Source: Bdellovibrionota bacterium | GTDB taxonomy: Bacteria; Bdellovibrionota_C; UBA2361; OMII01 | Assembly: GCA_044356215.1 (NCBI GenBank) | Contig: JBIKWQ010000057.1 | Coordinates: 1 to 22,885 of the forward strand | Direction: 5' to 3' | DNA length: 22,885 bases | Part shown: positions 1 to 10,240 of the stretch, piece after piece | How positions within the stretch are numbered: position 1 is the first letter of the stretch | How the letters are laid out: every line of letters starts with the position of its first letter | The notes under the pieces: generated by a model | Told to the model about the DNA's origin: nothing | What the model saw: the letters and a program-made list of their open reading frames with translations, nothing else | The model's database searches: none | Translations under genes and position numbers: made by a program

Positions 1-1228
1 ATAGCCCACCCATTGTGTAATGTGGAGCTGGGTAGATTCGCATCGGAGTCTCATACGGATTCTCTCCTGTGATGTTCTCGTACATATCAAAGAGATTTCC
101 GTAGCGATTCTCAATCGTCTTTTGTCCCAATCGATTAATAGACTCGGTAAAATCAAGATAAACACCCAAGCCCATTGGACCGACTCCGTAACCGGCGTCA
201 CAACGCTCTTTAGCGGCGCGCGAGGCGATATCTCGTGGACTTAGGTTACCAAAGCTTGGATACCTGCGCTCAAGATAGTAGTCACGCTCTGACTCCGGTA
301 TATCCTTAGGATTACGCTTATCTCCCTGCTTCTTTGGTACCCAGACCCGTCCATCGTTACGCAACGATTCACTCATCAAGGTCAACTTTGACTGATGCTC
401 ACCAGATACAGGGATGCTGGTTGGATGGATCTGTGTAAAGCAAGGATTCGCCATGCCAGCACCGTGACGATAAGCGCGCCAAATAGCGGTGACGTTACAA
501 CCCTTAGCGTTTGTTGAGAGATAGAACACGTTGGAATATCCCCCCGTAGCCAATACCACAGCATCAGCTACATGCGAGGTGATCTCTCCTGTGCGGAGAT
601 TGCGTGCGACGATTCCAACACACCTTCCATTGTCAACTATTAGATCAAGCATCTCGGTAGATGAGTGCATTTCAACCGTCTTCTCATGAATCTGGCGATT
701 TAACGCCGCGTAAGCTCCCAAAAGAAGCTGCTGACCAGTCTGACCTTTCGCGTAGAAGGTACGTGAAACCTGAGCGCCACCAAAAGATCTATTAGAAAGC
801 AATCCGCCGTACTCTCTGGCGAAAGGAACTCCCTGAGCAACGCACTGGTCAATTATGTTCACACTGAGCTCAGCCAAGCGGTACACGTTCGCCTCACGAG
901 CGCGGAAATCTCCACCTTTAACAGTATCGTAGAACAAACGATAAACACTATCTCCATCGTTCTGATAGTTCTTCGCCGCGTTGATACCACCCTGCGCCGC
1001 GATACTGTGCGCGCGCCTCGGGGAATCCTGAAAACAGAAGCACTTAACTTTGTAGCCCAGCTCTCCAAAAGAGGCCGCCGCTGACGCGCCCGCTAAACCA
1101 CTACCGACCACGATGATCGAGTACTTGCGTTTATTAGCTGGCGAAACCAACTTCATAGTCGCCTTGTGCTTCTGCCACTTCTGCTCGAGTGGTCCCGCTG
1201 GAATCTTTGAATCGAGATTGAATTGCAT
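1..1228 (-). CDS. sdhA: Succinate dehydrogenase/fumarate reductase flavoprotein subunit, 5' part (continues beyond left edge)
   Basis: Not in the ORF track. Manual translation from ATG at 1228 gives [18 protein letters not shown]...[14 protein letters not shown] (FAD-binding GxGxxG)...[18 protein letters not shown] (covalent FAD His motif). The same frame reads [15 protein letters not shown] at the window edge. SD-like GGGGAAG upstream; directly follows sdhC. Confidence 0.96.
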   Translation of the reverse strand, partial: MQFNLDSKIPAGPLEQKWQKHKATMKLVSPANKRKYSIIVVGSGLAGASAAASFGELGYKVKCFCFQDSPRRAHSIAAQGGINAAKNYQNDGDSVYRLFYDTVKGGDFRAREANVYRLAELSVNIIDQCVAQGVPFAREYGGLLSNRSFGGAQVSRTFYAKGQTGQQLLLGAYAALNRQIHEKTVEMHSSTEMLDLIVDNGRCVGIVARNLRTGEITSHVADAVVLATGGYSNVFYLSTNAKGCNVTAIWRAYRHGAGMANPCFTQIHPTSIPVSGEHQSKLTLMSESLRNDGRVWVPKKQGDKRNPKDIPESERDYYLERRYPSFGNLSPRDIASRAAKERCDAGYGVGPMGLGVYLDFTESINRLGQKTIENRYGNLFDMYENITGENPYETPMRIYPAPHYTMGGL

Positions 1229-1241
1229 AACTAAACTTCCC

Positions 1242-1964
1242 CTACTTTGAAACAGTCGTAGCAACTGGCGCTGGAAGGAGCCCCATAGCTATTGAAACCG
1301 GAACGGCTGAGAATCCAACAAAGAGCGCCACGGCGATAACCTTGGCGAGAGTCCTAATCCCCTTATTCCACCGCGGCGTATCAACACCAAGAGTCTGGAA
1401 CATACTCCAAGTGCCGTGATAGAGGTGAAGCGCCAACAACGCCATCGCCACAACGTAGAACCCCGCCGTTAAAATATTTTGAAACGCGCTCCAAACATTG
1501 GCGTAGACCTCGCCCTCTACAAAACTAAAATGCAGAGTCCCTGTTGTGAAGTGCAGAATATGAAAGGTCACAAATAGCAGTAAAAACAAACCGCCGTACA
1601 ACATAGTGAGGGATGCAGCGTTTGCAGAGCGATAGCTCTTTACTTTGTACCCCTGTGGCTTAGCCGCTCGATTAAGCCTAGCCAACTGAATCCCACTCAC
1701 CGCATGAAGCAACAAACACGCAAGTAGCACTACTCGAACAATCCAGAGCACCCCTGACTCCCCAAGCATCTCTGAGCCCATGGTTCTTAAGAAGCGTCCA
1801 TAGTCATCGATCTTGTAATCCCCAGTGGCCTGATGAATACCGGCAAATATCTTTAGATTACCCGCCATGTGACCCAAAACAAAAAGCACCAGAACAACGC
1901 CACTAAGCGCCATGGATACCTTTTTTCCGATAGTTGAAGAGTAGAAAGTTGCTATTAGACTCAT
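1242..1964 (-). CDS. sdhC: Succinate dehydrogenase cytochrome b558 subunit (single membrane anchor)
   Basis: [46 protein letters not shown] motifs with heme-ligating His; about five hydrophobic helices; immediately upstream of sdhA. Confidence 0.93.
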   Translation of the reverse strand: MSLIATFYSSTIGKKVSMALSGVVLVLFVLGHMAGNLKIFAGIHQATGDYKIDDYGRFLRTMGSEMLGESGVLWIVRVVLLACLLLHAVSGIQLARLNRAAKPQGYKVKSYRSANAASLTMLYGGLFLLLFVTFHILHFTTGTLHFSFVEGEVYANVWSAFQNILTAGFYVVAMALLALHLYHGTWSMFQTLGVDTPRWNKGIRTLAKVIAVALFVGFSAVPVSIAMGLLPAPVATTVSK

Positions 1965-2180
1965 AATAAAAATGACTTAATTAAATTCCGTCTAGAAGAC
2001 GGCCTAAGACTACCCTCATTTGGGAAGCGAGGTAAACACTGTATAACCAAGGAAAAGATAACACGAAAGCCCAAAAAGATCAGTGGATTAAACAAGTAAA
2101 TAGCTACCTTTTGCTTGGATGTTTGATATGCTCAAAAGTTGTATGCGAGGCAACACCGTCAGAGTGAGGTAAAATCGGCT

Positions 2181-4151
2181 ATGAACAGCTCCGTGAGCCC
2201 GTACTACTCTCTCTACAGAGCTTCCAGTTTGGCGTTTTGGGCTTTATTTAGCTGCATTGTCACCCTATCCCCTCCTGCTCTGCACGCTCAAGCCCCAACG
2301 GGAACCAACTTAGACGCCATCACTGACTACTCACCCCAGATCCCCTTCAGGGATATCTTCCTCTCATCGCGTGAATGGATTACCCAGTGCCAAGCCGGAA
2401 GCGATCCTGGGTGCTCCGCCTCCAACTCATTTGATACCGGAGAATCGCATCTGATTGACCTAGACCAAAACGGCTGGGTGAAGTCACTGCCTAGCCGGTC
2501 GGCAAGTCCAGTATTCACATCTGTAGCGACGGTTTGGGATGTCGCTCCTGAGTTTCCAGCGGGCCGTTACGTTGTGCTGTATCGAGGCGCGGGAACAATC
2601 GAATACGCTCTCGGCGCCGAGAAGCTAAACGCGCTTTCTCGCGTTGGGCGCGATGTTATTCAGATTAATCCTGATAGAGGCGCCCTGGTACTTAGAATAA
2701 CCAAAACAGACCCTTTATCATCGGGTGATTATATTCGTGATATACACGTTGTCGCGGAGAGTGACGAAAACATTTATACAACCAACAGGTTCTCTGAAGC
2801 TTTCCTCAGGCGCCTTCAACCTTACTCGGTATTACGTTTCATGGATTGGGCGAGAACGAACAACTCCTCTTTATCAAATTGGAACACGAGAGCACGAAAA
2901 TTAGACTCAAGGTATTCAACGAATCGGGGCGTTCCTCCGGAGATCGCTATTGAGCTGGCGAATGTTACGGGAAAGACACCGTGGTTCAATATCCCACACG
3001 CAGCCACTGATGATTTTGTTGAGGGATTAGCCAACCTGGCCCTTAATGAATTAGATCCTAACATCCCTGTTTATATCGAGTACTCAAACGAGGCATGGAA
3101 CTCGACCTTTTTGCAGGGCGCCTGGATCGAACAGCAGGGAGAGAACTCTTTTCTGGGAGGCTCTGATAGCAGCTTCACCAAAAGAATTAATTTCTACGGC
3201 AAACGAACAGCGGAGATCTGCGCGATCTGGAATCGTATTTTTATTCAGAACCCTCAGCGGGTTAACTGCGTCATCGCATCACAAGCCGCCAATCCTTGGA
3301 CCGCCTCAGAGGCGCTTAGTTGCCCATTATGGGCGCAAGGACCCTGCCTAAATTACGGCATTCGGTCATTAGCAATATCACCCTACTTCGGGGATTACCT
3401 CGGTCAAGAAGAGAATTATCGAGCAATTCTTCGATTCGGCTCAACTACTAGTGAGATCATTAGCGCCATCTTTCAGGAGTTACGTGCGGGTGGCGAGCTA
3501 CACGGTGGACCAAAAGGTGGTGCCATGAGTCAGTCATTTGACTGGATTGAGCAGAATAGAAATGTCGCCGCCGGCTATAACCTATCTTTGATCGCCTACG
3601 AGGGTGGGCAACATCTGGTCGGTGTTGGTTCTGGAAGCGATAGTGAAAAGCTTACCGAGCTATTTACCTCAGCCAACAGGGACCCTCGCATGTCAGACAC
3701 TTACTTGGATTACCTCAAGGGTTGGCAGGCACGGGGTGGTGGATTGTTTGTGCATTTCAGCGACATCTCTTTATATACCAAGTTTGGCTCATGGGGAGCC
3801 CTTGAAAAATCTGACCAGATATCCTCACCTAAATACGACGCTCTTGTGACGTATGCGACCGGCACCCCGCCTGGTCGGGGCACGAACAGAAAAATCAAAT
3901 CTGTTTTATCGATCAAGGTGACCGGACGTGGATTAATAAGTAGCAGACCTTCCGGCGCTAACTGCAGAGCGACCTGCTCGACTCGTTTTAACACCGGCTC
4001 GACAGTCATGTTAACAGCCCGCGCCGCGAAAGGCTTCACGTTTAGAGGATGGGGTGGCGCATGCGTAGGTCGGCGGAGAGAATGTCGAGTGAAACTTACA
4101 AAAAATGCTGCTGTCAGGGCCAATTTTATTCGCCACCTTTCACCTTCATAG
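2181..4151 (+). CDS. Secreted putative glycoside hydrolase ('cellulose-binding protein'-like family) with C-terminal divergent InlB B-repeat-like domain
   Basis: ATG 2181 preferred over TTG 2139 (GTGAGGT SD at 2164-2170). Signal-peptide-like N-terminus ending ALHA-Q. Motifs GTNLxxIxDYS, LRFMDW, PWFNIPH, YIEYSNEAWN, AYEGGQHL. C-terminal GxGxISSxPxGxxC...VMLTA...FRGWGGAC...VxANF repeat domain. Confidence 0.65.
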   Translation: MNSSVSPYYSLYRASSLAFWALFSCIVTLSPPALHAQAPTGTNLDAITDYSPQIPFRDIFLSSREWITQCQAGSDPGCSASNSFDTGESHLIDLDQNGWVKSLPSRSASPVFTSVATVWDVAPEFPAGRYVVLYRGAGTIEYALGAEKLNALSRVGRDVIQINPDRGALVLRITKTDPLSSGDYIRDIHVVAESDENIYTTNRFSEAFLRRLQPYSVLRFMDWARTNNSSLSNWNTRARKLDSRYSTNRGVPPEIAIELANVTGKTPWFNIPHAATDDFVEGLANLALNELDPNIPVYIEYSNEAWNSTFLQGAWIEQQGENSFLGGSDSSFTKRINFYGKRTAEICAIWNRIFIQNPQRVNCVIASQAANPWTASEALSCPLWAQGPCLNYGIRSLAISPYFGDYLGQEENYRAILRFGSTTSEIISAIFQELRAGGELHGGPKGGAMSQSFDWIEQNRNVAAGYNLSLIAYEGGQHLVGVGSGSDSEKLTELFTSANRDPRMSDTYLDYLKGWQARGGGLFVHFSDISLYTKFGSWGALEKSDQISSPKYDALVTYATGTPPGRGTNRKIKSVLSIKVTGRGLISSRPSGANCRATCSTRFNTGSTVMLTARAAKGFTFRGWGGACVGRRRECRVKLTKNAAVRANFIRHLSPS

Positions 4152-4166
4152 CAGTCAGAATATAAT
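4138..4166 (+). promoter_or_regulatory. Putative sigma70 promoter of the alpha-amylase gene (possibly leaderless transcript)
   Basis: Perfect TATAAT at 4161-4166, 6 nt before the GTG at 4173; weak TTTCAC at 4138-4143 with 17-bp spacer; no SD sequence. Confidence 0.4.
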
Positions 4167-4172
4167 ATCTCA

Positions 4173-5639
4173 GTGAACCCCAGCCTATATCAATTAAATC
4201 CCAGGACGTATCTAGCGCATGTCGCTGGCAGGGACGCTTCGTTGGATCAGATCCCTGATGATTTTCTGAGTAAACTTTCTAGCCAAGGTTTTGATTGGCT
4301 CTGGATTCTAGGAGTTTGGACGATATCGCCGGAGGGATTAAGAATCGCGCGATCTCTGCCAGGGCTTCAAGCTGAACTCCTTAGGATACTTCCTGACCTA
4401 TCATCCTCTGATGTATGCGGATCCCCTTTCGCAATCGCTGAATACATAGTGGACCCAGCTCTTGGCGGAAATCACGCCCTCGAGCGGCTGCGAAAAAGGA
4501 TGAATTCCTTCGGTCTAAAGCTAATGCTTGATTTCGTTCCGAATCACTTAGGGTTAGATCACAAATGGACTTCAACCGATCCGGATTTTTTCATCCAAGG
4601 AACATCAACACAGATCGAACGGGAACCCTCCAATTGGACGCGCCTCAGAAACGGGAGGATATTCGCTCACGGGAGAGACCCTAACTATCCCGGGTGGCCC
4701 GACACTCTCCAACTTAACTACTACAATCCAGAACTCCAACAGGCGATGAGATCTGAGCTATTAAAAATCTCCGAGCTCTGCGACGGGGTTCGATGCGACA
4801 TGGCTATGTTACTTGAACCGGATGTATTCTCGAACACTTGGAGGGACCACGCTGCCCACTCCGGCGAAGAGCCGCCGCATTTCTGGCCCGTCGCCATCTC
4901 AGCCGTGAAGGAAAAAAATCCGGACTTTAAATTCTTAGCGGAAACTTACTGGGACTACGAATACAAGCTTCAGGGCCACGGATTTGATTTTACCTACGAT
5001 AAACGACTTTATGATCGAGTATTGCTACGTCGCGGTCCAGACGTCCGCGCTCATCTGGAAGCGCCCCTTAGTTTTCAATCACGAATGGCCCGGTTCCTAG
5101 AAAACCACGATGAGGCTCGAGTTGCCTCAATGCTATCGGTAGCAGAGCATCGAGCCGCGGCTGCGGTAACGTACCTCTCGCCCGGTATGCGTTTCTTCTT
5201 TGATGGTCAGTTATCTGGAAGAAGAACCAGAACACCGGTGCAATTAGGCCGTGCTCCTCGAGAGAAGATAGACCAGTCTGTGGCCGCGATATATCACGAA
5301 ATCCTTCCTGTCGTTAACTCGCTACCTGTGAAGCACGGAACCTGGAACTTATTAGATACCAAAGCTGCCTGGCCCGATAACCACACCCATTCAAATTTTA
5401 TAGCATTTCTGATCGAGCATCCGATTAAGACACTTCTAGTGGTTGTAAACTACGCGTCTTACCGCGGACAGTGCTTTATCAGGGTTCCAGACCGCGCTTG
5501 GCTTGACGGTTCGCTTGAATTAAGAGACATCATCTCTCACGAGCGCTTAGTCCGTGACTCAAACGATTTGCGGGAGCGTGGGCTATTCCTTGACTGCGCC
5601 GAGTGGCAGACTCACATATTCTCGGTAGAGCACTCTTAA
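4173..5639 (+). CDS. Alpha-amylase family glycoside hydrolase (GH13), cytoplasmic
   Basis: All four GH13 conserved regions: LDFVPNH, DGVRCDMA (nucleophile Asp), AETYW (acid/base Glu), FLENHD. No signal peptide. Confidence 0.92.
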   Translation: MNPSLYQLNPRTYLAHVAGRDASLDQIPDDFLSKLSSQGFDWLWILGVWTISPEGLRIARSLPGLQAELLRILPDLSSSDVCGSPFAIAEYIVDPALGGNHALERLRKRMNSFGLKLMLDFVPNHLGLDHKWTSTDPDFFIQGTSTQIEREPSNWTRLRNGRIFAHGRDPNYPGWPDTLQLNYYNPELQQAMRSELLKISELCDGVRCDMAMLLEPDVFSNTWRDHAAHSGEEPPHFWPVAISAVKEKNPDFKFLAETYWDYEYKLQGHGFDFTYDKRLYDRVLLRRGPDVRAHLEAPLSFQSRMARFLENHDEARVASMLSVAEHRAAAAVTYLSPGMRFFFDGQLSGRRTRTPVQLGRAPREKIDQSVAAIYHEILPVVNSLPVKHGTWNLLDTKAAWPDNHTHSNFIAFLIEHPIKTLLVVVNYASYRGQCFIRVPDRAWLDGSLELRDIISHERLVRDSNDLRERGLFLDCAEWQTHIFSVEHS

Positions 5640-5640
5640 C

Positions 5641-8106
5641 ATGTCCCTGCCAAGCCTGCCGATCGTCGAACACCTTCCAGCTATAGCATCAGGAGTTCAG
5701 GCCAACCCGTTCTCCATTCTGCAGGCCCCTCCGGGGAGCGGAAAGACTACTGTTCTTCCTATTCATCTCGCTGAGCAAGCATGGCTCAAAGATCGCAAGA
5801 TACTAATCCTCCAGCCCCGCCGACTTGCAGCCAAGTCTGTTGCTTGCAGGATGTCGGAACTGCTCGGTCAGGAGGTGGGGCAGAAGATTGGGTATCAGAT
5901 CCGAATGGAGCGAAAGATCGGCAAAGATACGAGGATTGAGGTGATTACAGAGGGTCTACTAACCCGGAGAATCCTCGCTGATCCGGAGTTAACCGACGTA
6001 GGGCTCATCATATTTGACGAGTTCCATGAGCGGAGCCTTAATGCCGACATAGGACTTGTCTTGTTGCAGGAAGTTGCTTCTGTGCTCAGGGCGGACCTCA
6101 GGATCTTAATCATGTCGGCGACCCTTGATTCTCTTGAATCCGTACCTTCTTTATCGAGCGCCTGGCGCTATTCGTTTAGCTCCAAACCGTTCCCGGTCAA
6201 GGTTGAGTATATTAATCGGGATTCCCGCGCCCCAATATGGGAGCAGTCGGCTAACGCAATCCGCTCGGCCCTCGAGCGGCACCCAGGAGATCTGCTAGCT
6301 TTTCTGCCAGGAGCTTATGAAATTGAAAGATGCGCTGAGTTGCTGCAGACCTGCCGTACTCAGGTGTCAGTGATGCCACTCTACGGAGAGCTGCCCTATC
6401 CACAACAACAGGCAGCTCTGCTCCCAATGCAAGACGGCTCTCGAAAGGTAGTACTGGCGACAAATATCGCTGAGACCAGCTTAACAATAGAGGGGGTACG
6501 TATAGTAGTTGACGCTGGCTTACAAAAGATAGCTCGCTCGGGAGATGCCGGGGTATCAACACTTAAGACCGAGCGAATAACAAGAGACGCGGCAGAGCAA
6601 CGCGCCGGCCGCGCTGGACGAACAGGGCCGGGTGTTTGCATTAGGCTGTGGAGCGAACAAGAACACCAAGCCCTCAGGCCAAATAGAGAACCTGAGATAC
6701 TAAGAGCCGATATCACCCAACAGGTGTTAGAATTATCTTCATGGGGTGTGAAAGATCTGCGCAAATTCGGCTGGATCACGCAACCTACTACCAAGAGCCT
6801 TGATGATTCGATCAACTTACTATCGTCTATAGAGGCTTTGACATCAGATGGATCTATAACCGAAAAGGGCAAGCTACTAGTTAAGTTAGGCACACACCCG
6901 CGAGTAGGTGCTTGTTGCATAGCGGCACGGGCGCACGACCTCGATCATTATGCGGCGGGTCTAATCCCGCTACTCGAGGAGCGTGTAAGCACGAGTTCAG
7001 ATCGTGAACAAACAGACATCTCTGCCGCTGTCATAGCCTTAGCCAAAGAGAGCGCCAGATCTGGATTACCGAGTCGGATATTAGAGCTGAAGAAGAGATG
7101 GCTATCACGCCTAAACGATCTCCCTAAAGAGCTACTCCCTGAGTCAAAACGCGTGAAGCATTTTTATGCCTGCGGATTTTTACTAGCGACCGCGTTTCCT
7201 GATCGTATCGCCAAACGCCGGGAAGATAGTCGTCACCGGTATATTTTAGCGAGCGGCAAAGGCGCTGCCCTTCCGGAGAATGATGCGCTATGCTCCAGTG
7301 AATACATCGTAGTTGCTGAGATGCGCGAACTGCCAGGGGACGCCCGGATTTTACGCGCGGCACCTTTAGATCGCTCTCTCTTCGATGGCCCCTTAGGGGC
7401 CATGCTATCTGAGAGAGCTGATGCGAGCTTTGATCAGGAACTCGGGGTGAAGGTCGTCATAAAGCGTAAGGCCCTGGGTGCTATCACAATACACGAAGAG
7501 CGCGTTTCGAATCTATCGCCGGAGGACTTAAGGGCGGCACTCATTGAGCATATCCGTACTCGCGAGGGTTTCTCTAAACTCCCATTCTCAAGCAGCGCAT
7601 CAGCGATTCAGGCGCGTTGCGCGTGGGCCAGAAAAATCGCCCCTAATTGCAAGCTCCCAGATCTATCATCAGATACATTGAGGCTCTCAGATCCCTGTTG
7701 GCTTGAGCATCACCTACCCAAAAGCGGGCGATTCGAGGCGATCACATCGGAGTTAATCGACCAGGCACTCAGCGATCTTCTCCCCTGGAATCTAAAGCGG
7801 GACCTAACAGAGGTCGCCCCAGACAGTATTGTTTTGCCTAACGGCAAGAGGCGCTCTATAGACTATTCCGAGCTCGGCGAACCGGTGATCGAGGCGACTA
7901 TTCAGGAACTCTTTGGGCTGGCGGATACCCCCAAAATCGGAAAGTTCAGTATCCCCGCGACAATAAGGCTCCTATCTCCCGCCCGAAGACCGATGCAAGT
8001 AACACGTGATCTAGCTGGATTCTGGCGCGGAAGTTATAAAGAGATTCGAAAAGAATTACGGGGTCGATATCCTAAGCATAAGTGGCCCGAAGACCCGAGT
8101 ATCTAA
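5641..8106 (+). CDS. hrpB: ATP-dependent DEAH-box RNA helicase HrpB
   Basis: APPGSGKTT, QPRRLAA, DEFHER, MSAT, ATNIAETSLTIEG, QRAGRAGR; HrpB C-terminal LLSPARRPMQVTRDLAGFW...RGRYPKHKWPEDP. Confidence 0.96.
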   Translation: MSLPSLPIVEHLPAIASGVQANPFSILQAPPGSGKTTVLPIHLAEQAWLKDRKILILQPRRLAAKSVACRMSELLGQEVGQKIGYQIRMERKIGKDTRIEVITEGLLTRRILADPELTDVGLIIFDEFHERSLNADIGLVLLQEVASVLRADLRILIMSATLDSLESVPSLSSAWRYSFSSKPFPVKVEYINRDSRAPIWEQSANAIRSALERHPGDLLAFLPGAYEIERCAELLQTCRTQVSVMPLYGELPYPQQQAALLPMQDGSRKVVLATNIAETSLTIEGVRIVVDAGLQKIARSGDAGVSTLKTERITRDAAEQRAGRAGRTGPGVCIRLWSEQEHQALRPNREPEILRADITQQVLELSSWGVKDLRKFGWITQPTTKSLDDSINLLSSIEALTSDGSITEKGKLLVKLGTHPRVGACCIAARAHDLDHYAAGLIPLLEERVSTSSDREQTDISAAVIALAKESARSGLPSRILELKKRWLSRLNDLPKELLPESKRVKHFYACGFLLATAFPDRIAKRREDSRHRYILASGKGAALPENDALCSSEYIVVAEMRELPGDARILRAAPLDRSLFDGPLGAMLSERADASFDQELGVKVVIKRKALGAITIHEERVSNLSPEDLRAALIEHIRTREGFSKLPFSSSASAIQARCAWARKIAPNCKLPDLSSDTLRLSDPCWLEHHLPKSGRFEAITSELIDQALSDLLPWNLKRDLTEVAPDSIVLPNGKRRSIDYSELGEPVIEATIQELFGLADTPKIGKFSIPATIRLLSPARRPMQVTRDLAGFWRGSYKEIRKELRGRYPKHKWPEDPSI

Positions 8107-9410
8107 CTCCCAACGGCCTTCTGGTCCGTGACGCGCGAGATCAAAACCTTATCGATCCTTTTACCATCCATATCAACGACCTCAAAACGATACCGGTCGT
8201 GTATAAAGTGGTCGCCAACTTTTGGAATCCTTCCCAGAGATGTCATTACAAAACCACCAACTGAGTGAAACTGTCCTTGGTCGTCATCTGATGTTGAAGA
8301 GCATTCGAGGGTCTCAAAAAGATTCTGCACATCCAAAGAGGCGTCGACTAACAGCGACCCGTCATCCCTGGTTGTGACACTCTTCTCTTCTCCATTTAGC
8401 TCTCCCATATCTCCGACTACAACCTGGAGCACATCATCTACCGTCACAATGCCAGATACGCTTCCATATTCATCCCTAACAACGGCGAAGCGCTCCCCCT
8501 GTTCCTTAAAACACTCCAGAAGCTCCAACGCCGTCATAGATTCAGGGACGTCCATCGCTGGAGCGGAAACCTCTTTCAGTTTCGCTATAGATTCATCACT
8601 AGTACCTCGACGCTGCTCGAATACATCGTGAGCTGAAACTATTCCTACGACTTCGTCATCGACACCCTGGCGCACCGGAAACCAACTGAGACGAGATTCA
8701 AGGACAGCTTCGACCGCTTGGCCGATAGTCATACCAACATCAAGAAACACGACATCGCTTCGCGATGTCATAATAGACACGATCGGTTTATCTCCGAGGT
8801 GAAACACACGTGAAATCATCTCACGCTCCTCCTCCTCGATTACGCCAGCTCTCTCACCTTCTTCAACTAGAGAACGGATATCCTCCTCAATAGCCTCCTC
8901 CTCAACCGCGAGCTTCCCCTCTTTCTCGACTCCGAGTCTGCGCATTATGCGTGTCATCGCCACGACTGGCCAAACGAGCCCGACTATCGAGCATCCAAAG
9001 GGAGAAACAAATTTGATAGTCGCCTCACGGAAGCGGATACCTAGGTAATTAGGAAGGACTAAACCAACAGCTCCTACCACAGATACCAAAGCCAAGACTG
9101 TAAGTGCTGTAACAAATAATCCAGCCAGAGTGCCGCTGTCAGTTTGCTGAGGGATTAAAAAACTAAAGACAGATACGGCTCCGATTACCAGCAAGAGCGC
9201 CGCCTGACAGACCCTCGCGGAGGCGATGTAATCCGCGACCGACACCACTCCCTCCTCATCCACGTTGGGACGAGCCGATGAGCTACTATCTATTTGAGTA
9301 TCGGACTGAGGGACGAAGGCTCTCTTCGACTCCAGCAGCGCCACTTCGAGCGCTACCAGCCCGCATATAAGAACGAGAGCCGCGCCGATTAAGATAGCTC
9401 CTATCAGCAC
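8103..9410 (-). CDS. CNNM/CorC (hemolysin-family) membrane protein: DUF21-like TM domain, CBS pair, CorC_HlyC domain
   Basis: EGERAGVIEEEEREMISRVFHLGD, IMTSRSDV, SWFPV, VRDEYGSVSGIVTVDDVL, SVGGFV...GRIPKVGD...FEVVDMDGKRIDKV. The hydrophobic N-terminal domain is divergent. GTG start with AGAGGG upstream. Confidence 0.88.
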   Translation of the reverse strand: MLIGAILIGAALVLICGLVALEVALLESKRAFVPQSDTQIDSSSSARPNVDEEGVVSVADYIASARVCQAALLLVIGAVSVFSFLIPQQTDSGTLAGLFVTALTVLALVSVVGAVGLVLPNYLGIRFREATIKFVSPFGCSIVGLVWPVVAMTRIMRRLGVEKEGKLAVEEEAIEEDIRSLVEEGERAGVIEEEEREMISRVFHLGDKPIVSIMTSRSDVVFLDVGMTIGQAVEAVLESRLSWFPVRQGVDDEVVGIVSAHDVFEQRRGTSDESIAKLKEVSAPAMDVPESMTALELLECFKEQGERFAVVRDEYGSVSGIVTVDDVLQVVVGDMGELNGEEKSVTTRDDGSLLVDASLDVQNLFETLECSSTSDDDQGQFHSVGGFVMTSLGRIPKVGDHFIHDRYRFEVVDMDGKRIDKVLISRVTDQKAVGS

Positions 9411-9556
9411 GATGCCCTCTTTTCAGGGATCTTCATAGTTAATCAACAGAATACCCTGAAAGCAGCCCGCGGCAAAGCATATTTCGTCATGCCTCATCTT
9501 AGCACCCTGAGATGACTGGCTTTTTAATCCGGTTTATATCTAAAAGCAGGGCTATA

Positions 9557-10111
9557 TTAATGCCCTCTCCGCTCCCCTCCCAAACGGGTTCCGGGGCTCT
9601 GCCTACTAATTGTCCTATCTACTACAACCCTAAGAAGTTCACTTAGAACACCCAACTTCTCCGCGCCGAGATGTCCTAGTTGCCTTATATGACAATCACC
9701 GACGGCCCCTTTGAGGCTATCTAGGATCTCTATGCCTCTATCAGTAATTAACACTTTAACCATGCGACGATCTATTGAGCTTCGCTCTCTTGAGACATAC
9801 CCAAGGCGCTCCAGACGGTCTAAGAGTCTCGTCATGTCGGGAACCTGCGCGGTTAGCTGCTCGCTTATATCTCCGCACGAACGACCTGCGCCACCGGCGG
9901 AACGGAGAACCTTGAGGATATTATAAGTCGCGCTAGTTAAATCCAACGGTCTAAGCACACGGTTAAGCTCGGCATCTAATTTGGAGGCGGCCCGAACGAG
10001 TAGATTAAAAGTCACCTGCTCTATCCCCTCAAGACTAACAGCCCGGTCTTGAAGCGCGCCGGAAGAGAGAGAAGCGGAATCCCTTTGATGTGAGTCTTGA
10101 GGAGTTGTCAT
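9557..10111 (-). CDS. MarR-family transcriptional regulator
   Basis: LTSATYNILKVL...PDMTRLLDRLERLGYVSRERSSIDRRMVKVLITDRG winged-helix signature. The true start may be further downstream. Confidence 0.9.
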   Translation of the reverse strand: MTTPQDSHQRDSASLSSGALQDRAVSLEGIEQVTFNLLVRAASKLDAELNRVLRPLDLTSATYNILKVLRSAGGAGRSCGDISEQLTAQVPDMTRLLDRLERLGYVSRERSSIDRRMVKVLITDRGIEILDSLKGAVGDCHIRQLGHLGAEKLGVLSELLRVVVDRTISRQSPGTRLGGERRGH

Positions 10112-10240
10112 AACATTGGGTAAAAGGATAGCTCACCAGAACTCTAAAATTCCATGAGCTGTGTTATCCCTCTTGGAGCTTTAGAAACCGCGCCGACACC
10201 CTTTCTAACTCAGATGATAAGCAGTAATCTGTCCCGACCT

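Noticed and set aside
20..1068. Short ORFs 20-244, 382-564 and 859-1068
   Set aside because: Shadow frames of sdhA, which occupies 1-1228 on the minus strand.
9548..9566. AGGGC/GCCCT hairpin at the MarR stop codon as a terminator
   Set aside because: Only a 5-bp stem with a weak U-tract; could be chance.
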